Shown here: positions 39,239 to 51,903 of the stretch, one piece after another | Layout of the letters: each line of letters begins with the position of its first letter | Numbering within the stretch: position 1 is the first letter of the stretch | Assembly: GCA_973895155.1 (NCBI GenBank) | Contig: OZ316892.1 | Location: forward strand, 27,614,307 to 27,678,306 | Length of the DNA stretch: 64,000 nt | Source of the DNA: Marsupella aquatica | Lineage: Eukaryota > Plantae > Marchantiophyta | Direction of reading: 5' to 3' | Position numbers and translations under genes: made by a program | The notes under the pieces: generated by a model | What the model was told of the DNA's origin: nothing | Seen by the model: the letters and a program-made list of their open reading frames with translations, nothing else | Database searches by the model: none

Positions 39239-39814
39239 GTTTTAGTAATATATGTTAGGAATCGAGGTTACCTATGTGTAACCATTTTTTAAGATACCTG
39301 ATATTCCCATAATCTCTTGCCCGGAAGTAACCTTTCTCTAGACAATAATTACATACTATCATGGAGGTCTTGGCAGAGGATTGGAATGAATGAAGGTGAC
39401 CAAATCATGTGTAACCATTTTTGGAGGTACTTGCTATTTTCATAATCTCTTGCCCAAAAGTGACCTATTTCCAAACAGTAATTATGTACTATAATGGAAG
39501 TATGGGCAGGGGTTTGGAATGCATGTGACTGATGTGTAACCATTTTTTGAGGTGCTTGCTATTCTCACAATGTCTTGCTTGGAAGTAAACTTTTTCCGGA
39601 CAGTAATTCGTACTATAATGGAGGTCTGGGTAGGGGTTCTAGGCTGAACCTTGCTCCAAGAAAGCTAAGAAAAGCTTCTCGGCTACTGTTGGTTAAGTTT
39701 TTTTTTTCACTTTCTGGTCACAGGGTTACAGGCAACTAACCCCAGACCAGACTACCATTATTGTGTACTTGTTTAGTTTTCTATGGGCAACAAGGTGCCC
39801 CAAGCATAGTAGTG

Positions 39815-40473
39815 AGCCCTGCTCACATCCAAGCTTGTAGAATAAGAGCACAAAAAATCCATGAGGGTTTGCACCTAGCCACCTGTTGGGAAGCGAGGAA
39901 ACAGACCTCCATGTAGCTAACACCCAGGCTCGGAGAATCCAGAGCACACCAAAGTCCCATTTACACCTAGCCACCTGCTGGGAAGCGGAGTAACAGACCT
40001 CTATAGCTAAAACCAGCTTTGGAGAGTCAGAGCACACCAAAGTCCCAAAGATTTGCACCCAGCCAGTTGCTCGGAAGCAGAGAAACAAAGCTCTCTAGCT
40101 ATCACCCAGGTTTGGAGAATTGGAGAATTGGAGTACACCAAAGTCCCAAGGATTTGCAACTACCCACCTGCTGGGAAGGAGAGAAACAGACCTCCGTAGC
40201 TAATTCCCAGGTTTGGAGAATCAAAGCACAACAAAGTCTTCAGAATTCGCACTCAACCACCTGCCGGGCCACCTGCTGGGAAGAAACAGACCTCTTTAGC
40301 TAACACCCAAGTTTGGAGAATCAAAGCACACAAAAGTCCCCTAAGTTGCACCTAGCCACCTGTTGGGAAGCGGACATAAAACAAACCTCCCTAGCTTACC
40401 ACCCAGGTTTGGAGAATCTGAACACACCAAAGTCCCCTAGGATTTGCCCCTAGTCAGCTTTTGGGAAGCAGAG
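39815..40473 (-). repeat. Tandem array of 7 diverged 90-100-bp units with tRNA-like features
   Basis: Plus-strand unit cacccaggtttggagaatc..agcacaccaaagtccc..gatttgcacctagccacctgctgggaagc..aaacagacctc..tagctaa. A solitary copy lies at about 38990-39070. Confidence 0.92.
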
Positions 40474-40989
40474 ATATACATAGAAAGCGGGATAGAAAGG
40501 GTGGAGTAGGATGTAGGGGTGAACAAGTGCATCAGTTTACGAGAGAAGAGAGATGGGTATGAAGGGCAGGTTGGTAATGAATGTGAGTTTGCGTTGCTAG
40601 TTAAACTAGTGCACTAAGGTGTGGGATGTGAGGTTAAGAATAAGGCATCAGAAGGGATGGGGAGGAGGAGAGGTTGGGATTTGAGTGTGCTTGGAGAGTT
40701 TCTTGTGTTTAGAAACTTGTAGGTGGATATTCAGGAATTTTAAGAGTGTAACTTCACATTCCATGAAAGAAAACAAGGTCTGAATTTACTATTGTTGGCA
40801 AATGTGTGATGACTTTTAAGATACAACGCAATAAGCAAGGACCAGTGACCTTGTCCTTGTGTCCAGCCTGAAAATCGTGCTTCAAAATGGTTTTTTGTTG
40901 TGTCCTTGGGGCTAGCCTAAAATTTGTGTCTTGAAAATGCTTTTGGGGTGACTGCATATAGAATTTTTTCCCAAACTGTCCATATGGAA

Positions 40990-43900
40990 TCTATCCGATC
41001 ATGGCTCTCTTATCTCGCTGTTAGTAGTGGTTGCACTTGGCTGCCTTGGACCCCTCGTTAGTTGGTACGCCATCTCCCCAAAAGATCCGCTTTGGTCAGT
41101 CTGACTATGCCCACTTAGTTTGTCATAACCGTAATTAGCCCAATGATCAAAGACTCACTCTTGTCTGTTTCTGTTGCTAGCGCTCTCATGCACCCTATCC
41201 AAATTGTATTTAAGCACCTCAGTGCTCCATGTTAATTAAGTTTAGAAGCTATTGTAAACTTCTACATGGTATCCGAGTTCTCCGCTCTTGGAACCCGGGT
41301 TGGAACCAGCATTCTATTAGAGTGTTGTTCATCACCATTGATGGCTTTGGGCGACGCAACCAAGATCTCCTTTTCAGATTTTGACAAGTTACTTGGGGCA
41401 CACAACTACATTGTGTGGTCCTTTCATGTTGAGCAAATTCTGAGAGAAAGGGATCTATGAGAGATCATCAATCCCACCATCAACGCACACGTGTCATCAG
41501 CTGAAGGACGAGGTGTTGTATAGCAGCAAGCTCCCTTACAAGCATAGATCGCAGCCTCAACATCTTCTTCCAAAGGAGGTGTGGCTGAGAAGCAGCCTAT
41601 GGCTACACCCTCTGCAAGCATATCAAAGAGTCCGACAAACCTTAAGAAGCACAAGGAAAGAGTAATCATTGTCCTTACCAAGACTGTCAATTAGTACTAC
41701 ATTATGTCAATTACTCCATTATTCCTCTTGTTAGAAGGCTTCATAATGATCCTGCCAAGCTTTGCCAATTCTAAAGCAGTAGTATGAGTCTTCAATACTC
41801 CAACCTAAGCTAGATCTAAAGATGACACTTATTGAAGCTAGTTTGAGTGAGGGACCTTCACTGGATTCACGGAGACAATTCCCTGTAATGTCATTAATTG
41901 AACCTCTATTATCCCTCACAACCCACCTGAATACTCTCCACATTTTTGGGTCCCAGGTCAGTTTCAGGCCACGAGGTTTTTGGGTACCCTCGCTGCCCCT
42001 GCCCAGCCCATGTCTAGGTAGTTCTTACAATTTTCCGTCAGCACTCACAGGATTTCACAACGGTCGAGCCTAACTTGATTTGTGAGAAACTTATTCTCTC
42101 CCGCATGAGGAATGTGCAAAGATATTATGCGCGCACATTCCACACGGTTGGTTAGAATGTCATAATGAAACATTGTGCACATGCATTTAGATTTTAAAAA
42201 TGGCAAGGCAAGCTAGTCACTCAAATCATAGGGTGACATTGGCATGCCTAGCATCCTGCAATGAGATGTGTGCTTACCGTGAATAGTTTAGGAGAGAAAT
42301 CGTTTTTTTATCTGATCAGGTCTCCTCTATTGGCAAGGACTATACTACAGATTTTATTCCGTTGGGTGTTACTTTTGCAGGCTTAAAGTATTACATGTGC
42401 ATTGTGCATTGGTATTAATAAGTATCCTGTTGTGACAAAAAGAATCCACCCCAAATATCCAAGACAGGTTGAAGTCAAGATATTATCCATTCAAAAATAC
42501 AAAGGAAATCTGAGGAACAACAAGAGAGCAGCCCAGATAACACATTAAAATTAAAAATAGTAGTAAACGGGGCTACAAAAATGACTAGGTTGAAGGGCTG
42601 CCTAGGCATGGGATAGGCAGGGCAGGAGGGGACCAAAAAGGTCCCGACCTGAAACTGAAGTGGGACCCAAAAATGGGGAGACTCTTCCGGTGGGGTGTGG
42701 GGGATATAATCGAGGTGCAATTAATGACAATACAGGGAAGCGTCTTTGAGAATTTCACTAGAGGACACCTCAAGAAGATTGAGCATGACGTGATGGAACT
42801 AGGTAGTGTAGGAGAAGAAGTTGACCATAAGGAAACTAATTTAGATGTGTTAAGCTAGAAACTTGCTGGTCTACATTCAAATTAGTTTACCATGTCATGT
42901 ATGCCAAGGATCCTCTAGCCACTTTTGCAAATCTGGAGGACTATTTATAGGCTGAGGAACTTTGTCGCAAACCACACAGCAAATCTGGTGAACAGTATGT
43001 CCTTACTTGCCCTTCCTTACCAAAGCCTTGGCGAAGGGGGAAGCGGCCATCGATCACGGACATGGAAGAGGGGGCCACGACAAAGGATGACAGTAGAGAG
43101 GTGGACCAGACTAACGTATTTGCAAATCCTATGGCCAACAAGGTCAATAGGAAGCTGAGTGCTTTATCTAAACTCCCAGCACTAAGATCAAGTCGATGTA
43201 TGTGTCTGAATAGAAGGACCTACACTCCAAGATCAAGGACATCAAAGCTACTCCTAAGGCGTACTTTGCTGAAGGCGACATTGGAGACAACAACTTTGAG
43301 TTGGGCTTAACCAGTGAGGCCAAGCCTCCACTCACCCTTGAAGGCATGCTTAGCAAACTGGATGTTGCAGGCACTAACGATAAGACCTGGATCCTCGACA
43401 GTAGAGCCTCAACTCTTATAAGTTATGACAGTAGTAGCTTTAATTGTGCCTATAATTGTGAATCTAACCGGAGGCGGTTCCACCTCCGATAACCTGACGG
43501 CTGATGGCTCTAAAATGTCAGTCTCGGGATCTGGTTGTATTCCCCGTTCTAAAAATAAATCAACTGGTTATGTTCTGTATGTACCAATCATCTATTAGAA
43601 GAAGCTAATCATAGGAGCTCTATCAAGCCTCCCTGCCATCCAAAAGTCTGTGAGCAAATTGGTCAGAGTATACCCAAGCTGGCAACGAACATTTGGTGCA
43701 ACAATCTTGGAACATGCTGACCTCTGGCGGACCCCTACAGCTAGTCCTACGGTTTCTCTTTCTAGGGCAAAGTTTATTATGACATTCACTGATGATCTCT
43801 CTCGAACACTTATGGATATACTTTCTCATAACCAAGGATGAGGCTTTAGAGAAATTTAAAGAAGTCTAAATCTCTTTCAGTGCAAAAGTTGCTTGTCTCA

Positions 43901-44145
43901 GCAATAGAGGGGGAGAATACATGTCGGATCACAGAAATACGTCAGTTCTGTCCGGTCCTGGCTCCCTTGTCTAGCTGTCTGTAGTGGTTGCACCTGGCTG
44001 CACCCCACTTAGTTTGTCGTAACTATTAGCCCACTGATAAGAGTCTCACTCTTGTAGGTTTCTGTCACTAGCGTTCTCATGCGTCCTCTCCAAATTGTAT
44101 TTAAGCACCTCAGTGCTCTATGTTAATTAAGTTTACAAGCTATTG
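40990..44145 (+). mobile_element. Degenerate, internally deleted Ty1/copia LTR retrotransposon
   Basis: Similar LTRs at about 40990-41266 and 43945-44145. PBS tggtatccgag at 41267 follows CA. Gag KLLGAHNYIVWS..L..RDL and HLKKIE..L..GEEV; protease WILDSRAS; integrase HADLW..TFTDDLSR..RGGEYMS. No RT/RNaseH is seen. Confidence 0.9.
41865..42753. mobile_element. Non-autonomous TIR DNA transposon nested in the copia gag region
   Basis: Imperfect inverted repeats of about 150 bp (tccctgtaatgtcattaattg... / ...caattaatgacaatacaggga), flanked by TTCACTGG(A) at 41857 and TTCACTAG(A) at 42754 (8-9-bp TSD, one mismatch). Confidence 0.85.
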
Positions 44146-46205
44146 AAAGGGCTGAACATCAAGAAGGTAGTCTCCAGCCATGATGTGTATCCCCCCGACG
44201 CTCCAATTAATTATTGTATTGGATGCACAAAAAACCACTTGGTGATGATCATATTGTGCCACCAGTGGAGATGCTCTAAGATTAGAACAAAGACCTTTTA
44301 TCAACCTCAATTGACTTTTTTTAGAAAGTGCCAAGTTTACAACCCTGAACCTAGGATGGGCCTCTAGTTCATCCCATAACAATCAACAATGGAACATAGT
44401 CAAATTTGATTTCCCAACTTGACATCCAAAGCCAGGAAAAAGGTTGTTTAAATCTACTTGTTGATGCATAGCAGGAGGGGACACATTTTAAGCGGACTAT
44501 AGTCACACCTTCTATTGTCATAGAATTGTGTTTTCTTGTTTTGCTTCAGAGATATGAATGGACACTTTTCTACTCATCCAACTTCAGCAAAATTCTTCAT
44601 TGGAATATGAAGATCTAGCCCTAAACTGGTTCGAACAAAAATCAGTCTCCTCTTATAGAGTCTTTTTTCTGTTGGGCAGGCTCCTCTTATGCAGCCCTTT
44701 CTCTTTTGTCTGTGCACTGAAGAGATTTCCTCGCCATCTCAAATCCAGAATAGGTCACTGATGTTATTGATTAAAACAACTTTTGACAATTTGGAACGAC
44801 AAATTAATATTGAGATGTTGGAAGTAGTCATTCAATTATAATCAAATTGAAGGGACTCGTGAATTGCTTGTTGTCTAGATGTTATTGCCTTGAAAACGTG
44901 CAAAAAGGACTCCAACACTAGCTACAATGCAATTTTTGAAATTAGCCTTTGAGGTATTCATTCTTGGTGTCTTTAATCAGCATGGCAGTTGAATTTAAAG
45001 GAGCAATTAACAAATGAATAATTTTGTGTTCAGGGTCAGAGAGGAATATAGATAGCAAAAGTGAAACAGGTGGATTTAGGGAAGCCTTGAACGAACGAGT
45101 GATTTTGTGTTGCAGGGTCAGAGAGAGGGACAGCAAGAGAGAAATTCAATCTATCTTATGTCCTATATCCCACTGTCATTTCGAAATTGAACCCATTGAC
45201 AACATTACAAGAGAACAATTGAATCCATCATATAACCTACAACCCACTCTCTTTTGGAAATTGAATGCATGGCCAACATTTGGCCTCGGAGGTGGTTGAT
45301 GTCTGAAGAGAAAGTCTATTGCTTGTTCTGTGAGCTTGATCAGTGTTCTTTGGGCCTTACAGAAACGTTAGTACAGATCATCGCCTAGATTTTGTTCGGT
45401 TCTCTTTGCAGTAATCTTGAATTTGTTCCATCTCATCTGTCTCCTCGCTATCTACGATTAGGTCATTCTCTTCTTTAATTTCTCACTGGGGAATTCCAAC
45501 AGAGCAGGGCTTGCAGTGTTCAGAGCATTCTTGTTGTCAGTAAGCTCCAGGCTATGGCCTGAGCATGCTTGTGTAAATGCTTCGAGTCAAAATTAACCCT
45601 GACTGTCACAGTTGACAAAAAAACGGAAAGGTAGGTAGAAGACAGCAATAGGATTCGCAAACATGGAAGACGGAGGAGAAATAAAAGTAAGCCGGGGAAT
45701 GATGAATGTGGAACTAGCCCAACCGTTATATGATCCTGTGCAATCATTACCTCGAAAATAAATAAATCAAGCACAAGCAGCTCAATTGACCTCTCTGGAG
45801 ACTCAGCAATGGAAAAATATTACCACATTGGCTAGGACTTAAACAGGAAAGGTCAGACACAATTTGGCAAAAAATGAAATACAACTCTTGAATTAAGTAT
45901 TTTACATCAACGGATTGGGCTTCCTTCAGAATACCTGCCTGCCGAACACTCGTATCTGTAACTAAATTGAAGTCTGGGGGACATTGGGCTACAAGGCTTG
46001 GTGTTTTATCCAGCTGATCACGTGGTTATTGTATTCACTGGAACTTCTCGCTCGCTTTCAAGCAATTTCATCTGGGTGCCTTACCCGACGACTAAGTCCC
46101 CAATCCAATAAATTTCGTCATTTCTGTATTCTCTCAAGATGCAGCTGTGACAGATTGACAAAGAAAAATCACAAGAGGAAACGTAAGACTGATGGCCATG
46201 GTGAA

Positions 46206-47795
46206 CTAAGATATGGTGGACAATTGTGGAGGCTGTCCAACGAGGATGTGCGAGACACCTACAGTACCAGCCTTATCATTTGACAGTGAAAAGAGATCCG
46301 TCGAATAACCTAATTCCCGTGAAGCCTCATTGCGATCTAGCTCCAGCATAATCTTACAGAGAGAATGTAATCGGCTAGAGGAGCTTTCGTGGTCATAGCT
46401 ACTCCAATCGGCTGCACGAGCCAGAACTTGGAATTCCTTCTCGGAAATGTAAGCACGCAACCATTTGGAACGTGGGTAAGCAAGTGACAAACTTACAGTG
46501 TCCATGGAATCTCTGGAAAGATAAGTTTCAGCAGGCTGACAGACTCGGGCCTCTACAAAGAAATTTTCAGTGCCATTCACTAAGTTTAGATTTGAAACTT
46601 CAAGTTCCATGTTATTGGAGTCTAGTGATCTAGGGTGGTTGGTAAAGTTCTTAGATAAAGAGTCAATATTTGATAAGGAGATTTGGTCAATAGCTACTGA
46701 ACTCGAAATAGAACCTATACTCGTCTGAAATTTCATGTGTTGCGCTGAATTGAGTATGACCTGCTCGATGGGTATTTGGAGCTTACCAACACAACAGGGG
46801 GACATCACATATGCGGCACGGTGTTTTAAAGCCTGCAAAAGCGCCAAGTCCGTAGCAATCCCACAAGCGTGGAGAGCAACACACGCATCAAAGCGCTCAG
46901 AGAACATTTCTATGCGCCCATGGAACCCTTGCACGTTTTGAAGGTTGGCCTTCCGAGCTCGTTCCACCAGTAAAGCGATGCTTTGTTGCTTGAAATCAAC
47001 TCCAACGAAATATAGCTCGGGAAGCAGGGCAGCTAGAGGAAGAGTGAGAGCTCCCGACCCACATCCAAAGTCCACAATTTTTGAACCTGCTTTCAGTCTG
47101 AGAGAGTTCAAAGCTAAGGCAATATTCTCAACTTGAAACTTCTTTCTTTCACCTCGCCCCATGTAACAACAATGTCCACTGCCAGAATCGTCTTCCTCGT
47201 CCTCCGTGTCATTGTTTTGGATCTGTTGCTCCTCCGGGTTGGAACAGGACGAAGCAGGATTGTACCCACTCCCTCTCATCGGATCAGCACTCTCAGGAAC
47301 GTTTTCCCATGCAATAGTGAAAGTATCCATGCTGCTAATATCACCAACTGCAGCAAAAGGCCAAGAAACAGATTCCAGCTGTTGATTAAAATACAGCTCT
47401 CTAGATTCGCTCCCATTCAAGGATGCCCATGATCTCTGCTCACCAGTCCCATTAGGTTCAAATGATGAGGGAGGAGGCGGTAATGCTTCCAGACAGGGTA
47501 ATCGGGGAACCCTAATTTTCCGCAAAATGGACAGAATTTGCTGCCATAAAAGCTCTTCTCGAGATGGACCTCCGACCAGGCGAAACTTTTCCCTCCGGCT
47601 AACGATCCCAACCTGCTCTTTACATTCGTCGCTTGCACCGTGTGGGTGCTGGCGCCTACTTGAATCCGCAATGTCTGCAAATTCCCATGAATATCCAAGC
47701 CACGAACTTGCATGCATCCCTGTACATCCGAGGCAGGCAGCTCTGCACTGACTCAACTGAATAGGTTCCACAAAATCTGAAATACCTATGGTCAT
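46206..47795 (-). CDS. SAM-dependent methyltransferase, GSTCD/Methyltransf_32-like; true 5' end uncertain
   Basis: 529-aa ORF with RKKFQVEN, IVDFGCGSGALTLPLA (motif I), VGVD, VALHACGIATD, SPCCVGKL, YPRS, LARAADW and ELDRN. Confidence 0.85.
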   Translation of the reverse strand: MTIGISDFVEPIQLSQCRAACLGCTGMHASSWLGYSWEFADIADSSRRQHPHGASDECKEQVGIVSRREKFRLVGGPSREELLWQQILSILRKIRVPRLPCLEALPPPPSSFEPNGTGEQRSWASLNGSESRELYFNQQLESVSWPFAAVGDISSMDTFTIAWENVPESADPMRGSGYNPASSCSNPEEQQIQNNDTEDEEDDSGSGHCCYMGRGERKKFQVENIALALNSLRLKAGSKIVDFGCGSGALTLPLAALLPELYFVGVDFKQQSIALLVERARKANLQNVQGFHGRIEMFSERFDACVALHACGIATDLALLQALKHRAAYVMSPCCVGKLQIPIEQVILNSAQHMKFQTSIGSISSSVAIDQISLSNIDSLSKNFTNHPRSLDSNNMELEVSNLNLVNGTENFFVEARVCQPAETYLSRDSMDTVSLSLAYPRSKWLRAYISEKEFQVLARAADWSSYDHESSSSRLHSLCKIMLELDRNEASRELGYSTDLFSLSNDKAGTVGVSHILVGQPPQLSTIS

Positions 47796-50700
47796 CTATG
47801 GTTACAATTTGAGACAATGTAGCAGTGGGCTTATTACGAGATACCTCCGTTTCCTTTCAGAAAAGCTTGTTCGACTTCCATTTCATTTGAGAGGTGAGCT
47901 TGGACAGTGGGAGTACAGTGGTCGCCAACTCCCACTCCGTGCATGCAAACAGAGTCTCAATCCTGTTCATAGTATTCATAGGCTACAAGCTGTAATCGAT
48001 CAAACTAAACCTACACCACAAACGCAGTTTCATTTCCTTATGAGTCATGCTCCCACGATTTACACCAACGGTCAAATGATAAAATTGGAGACTCTATCTG
48101 TTCGCCCCTGTTCATGACATTCATTCTGCTTCCTGTACTTTGCCAACCAAGTTTCCTTTCGTACTGAAATTCCAACAATTGCCGCAAATTACAGAACTCC
48201 TTTGAAGCGTATTTGTCATGTACTCTGTCACAATCTTCTGCTATAACATCGAACTCTGAATCAACCAACCTTTGCTATCCGCCTTCCTGTGACATTGTTC
48301 GATGTAACCAAATTGCATCAACGGGAACAGGTTCACCCCTTTTCTCCACGTGACATCAATGCACGAAAGGTATATGCTTATCCATTTGTTACCAGACTCT
48401 TGTCTATATTTCCAGCAGCCCTCCATTTTTCTCCTGATCTCTGATGATCTTGTTGTCGCCTCAGACAGCTGCGTACCACTTCGGATGACGAAAAAATCAC
48501 ACCCCTAGATCGCCATTCAAGCTGACTTTCTGCATGTTCGTATTGCTTTCTTTCTCCTTTCATAACCATCTTCTCAGATTATTTCTCCCAAAATGAATTT
48601 GGATATCCATCAGATTTTCAGAGGAAGGACAGGAAATGACAATAGAAACAGAGATTACTGAATCAGTGTTGAGAGAACTCAGGAATTTTGCCACAAATGA
48701 GTGACAGTAGCAACAGTAGGGTTTTAGCCTCAAACCCAGACAAATGGAGCCAAGGCAGTCTCTAATTCTGGGCACACCTACACTCAGGAGCCTCTGACTT
48801 GTCACTATGACAGACATGAGCCGTCAGATTAAGATCTAGCAGTCATAGATACCTTTCACTACGTTAGATTAAGATCTAGAGGTCATAGATACCTTTCACT
48901 AAGTTAGGAGGAGGAGTGCTGTTAAACTCTCTATGTTCCGTGTAAGCAAAGGAGGCATACAAACAGACCGTGCTGCAAAACTGAAAAGCAGGACAACAAT
49001 TGTCCAGTCTGGTTATGGACGGTGTAATCGTTTAAGGTAACCCATGGACGGGTGGGGGTTATGGGCTGCAATCCCCGAGAGCCGTGAGCCCCAGGGGGTT
49101 ACAACTATGGCCCCCCAAACAGGCCATGGATTAGCAAGCTTGATTTTTTAAGACTTTGCAAGGCTGGCTGGGATTATGAGACTTAAACTTCCTTGCAAGG
49201 GGGTTATGGTTGGGACCTCCCCTGAAACTACAAAGGAAAAAAGATGGGAGGGGGTTATGATTGCAAGCAAACAAAGTCAATTGGGACCTAGTTATTCCCA
49301 TCTATGATCAGGAGCTCCATTGGTCAGTTGAAACCTGGTCCCGTAGTCCCAGCATGATACACAATGATGGTAGATTCAACAGACTCCATTGACGATGAAC
49401 CAATGGGGTGTGAGACCGTACTCATTGGGGTTTACGCAAACCAATGGGGTGTGAAACCTTAGTCATTGGGCTCTGTTCATTCTACTCCAAGCATTGTGGT
49501 GACATTGTATGTGCTAGCATGCCTCTTCACTTTTTCGCTCCGGGCCATCCCATTGGCCGAATGAGGGGTTTCATTTCAATCAGCACCTTATAGACAGATG
49601 TCAAACCAAAGAAATCCTGCCACGCGGAAAGTAAGGCCTAGAAAGTGTCCCCTCGTGTGGAGTGGTGCCCTCAAACAAGAATGCAGTCCAAGGTAGCCTT
49701 TTGACCCTGTCTCGCCCTCTTATGCCGATTCCTTCCTTAGAAGACTCACAATTTCTTATATTATTATGTAAGGGGAGTCCTAAAGACTGCTGGTTTGGTG
49801 CGGGTGTGCATTGAGGTTCAGGGTGAGGGGGTTTGGGGTTTTTTGTTTTTCCTAAATTTTGTTGGGGAGGCGTGGGGGTGGTGGGCAATAGCTTGGTCGG
49901 TGGATTTTGTCCAATTTTACTTGTGGTTGTGGGGGGTATGTGTGTTGGCTTGTGTGAGAGGGTTGATTTTTGATCTTTACTACACCGTCACATTTTTCTT
50001 TCCATCAATGCTTGCATCAAGGACCCAATTGTGCCAATGCCAGGAAGGCATTGAGTACTCCAAGAATATCAATGTTGATTACACACCTGCTTCTGCTTCT
50101 ACTTCAATTGCCATTGAGGCTCTGTCATCTTTATCACCACCAAGGCGACCAGCCAATGTGCGAGGAGAAAAGGAGCAACAAAGCCACCAGCAGCAGGTTT
50201 TGAAAAGGAGTCAAAGGGCTCTTCAGAGGCCAAGTCATTTGGAAGGAGGGTGAGAAGCCGCAAGGATTAACATTTGTGAAGTTTGAAGTCAGCCCTGATT
50301 AGTCACCATTGTATGGAGGGGTGGTGATGGAAAAGTTGAGATTCATCTTAATCTGCACATCAAGGGGAAGCTCTGTTGTACGTCATAAGCTCAATGGATG
50401 CTTAGACACTTACTTTTTCTTTGAATTTATCCCTTCTCATTGATTAAGAATAATGTCAATTTGTCACCAGTTACAAAACATAGGAAAATTGAAACAATCA
50501 CTTTGATTGTTTTGATTCTTATCAAACTGCACAAACAAGTCAGTTTCTCAACCATTTGAAGGGAAACTTTTCATTCTTTGCTTTCAACCTCTCTAATTAG
50601 TTCCTTTAGGAAGTTTGGAAGCCGTACAACAGGTCTCCAGACAGACTTCACTTCATCTCCATTTAATCCCTTCAACTCAAAATCCAATGCCAAAGCAAGT

Positions 50701-51903
50701 TATTTGTCAAATTTGGTTTGGAAAGTTTTAGAACAACTTTATCACAATTAAGGATCTTTAATACCTTTTCATGAGAGAATCTCATCAAGTGTTTTGTGTC
50801 CTACCTTCATATTCCTGCATTCTACATGCCTCTTTGGCTGCTTGTCATTTGTCCTTGTCATATATGAAATCCATGAATTCTTGCTTTTTAGATGTATTCT
50901 TGGAACCACCAGCATCTTTGCTTTCAGTCTATCATTTTCTCCATTCTGGTCGGAGGACCTAGTCAGGATTGGAGTGAATCTCAAGTCTGTTTCTCTAAGT
51001 ATCTTTAAACCATTTGGCCTAGTTGGGCTCTATGATCAAAATTCCATTTTGGGTCTCATTCATGAATTCTTGATGAGGGTGCAAATGTTATTCCTTGTTT
51101 GGTAGCTAGTTTTGTTCAACTAATTACCAAGATAGTTCAGTCTAGGTGAGAAAAGGTGATCCAAATTTAGTCATTTTTTCAATTTGGCTTGCCTTGTAAT
51201 ATGTAGTTCGTACTTTCAACCTCAGGAACTCTACTTGTGTTGCAAGGAATAATTATGTTCCATAATACATATTTGGTGTGAGTGTGAGTGTGTATAGTTT
51301 AGCTTTTTTATGCTATTTGGAGGTAGGTGCACGCAAACAGAGCAAAACTAGAATGAACTTACACCTTAGTGAAGATTTTGAGAGGGGAATCTTTAGTCCT
51401 ATGACTGTGCAATCCATAGCATGCACCCTGATCTTCATGTCCACAGGCTTCCATTGAGTCAATCACTCCCTCCATTTTTTCTTTAGTGAAAATGTTAAAG
51501 CTTTATAAGCAAAGAGATAGAATCAAATGAAGGAATGGGGGAGGGGGGAGGAGTGCATCCCAGGAGGGGCCCAAATGGAAATCACAGACCCAAACCTAAC
51601 AGACGCAAGGGTCAGAGTAGCCCACAGTTTTGCCATTTCTGATCTATAATTTGAATCAATGAAAGAATATGAGGTGGAATTGTAGTGCCATGATTAGTGG
51701 TCTAGAGCCATTTACAATCTATATGGCTCAAGTTGGTCTCTCACCTTGCATTTCCATTGACTCAATCTTTTCTGGTCTAAATCCTAGTCATGTACCATTG
51801 ATCCGCATGGCCCAAATAGTGTATCTCATATCTATATCCTTTAATTTCCTATAGGTCAAATCTCATGAGCAAATTGGTCTGAACAAGTACTACCTTGAAA
51901 GCC

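Noticed and set aside
39815-40473. CRISPR-like array
   Set aside because: Whole units are homologous with no unique spacers, there are no cas genes, and the context is eukaryotic.
49601-50253. ORFs 49795-50253 and neighbours
   Set aside because: Low-complexity, G/T-skewed sequence with no identifiable domain.
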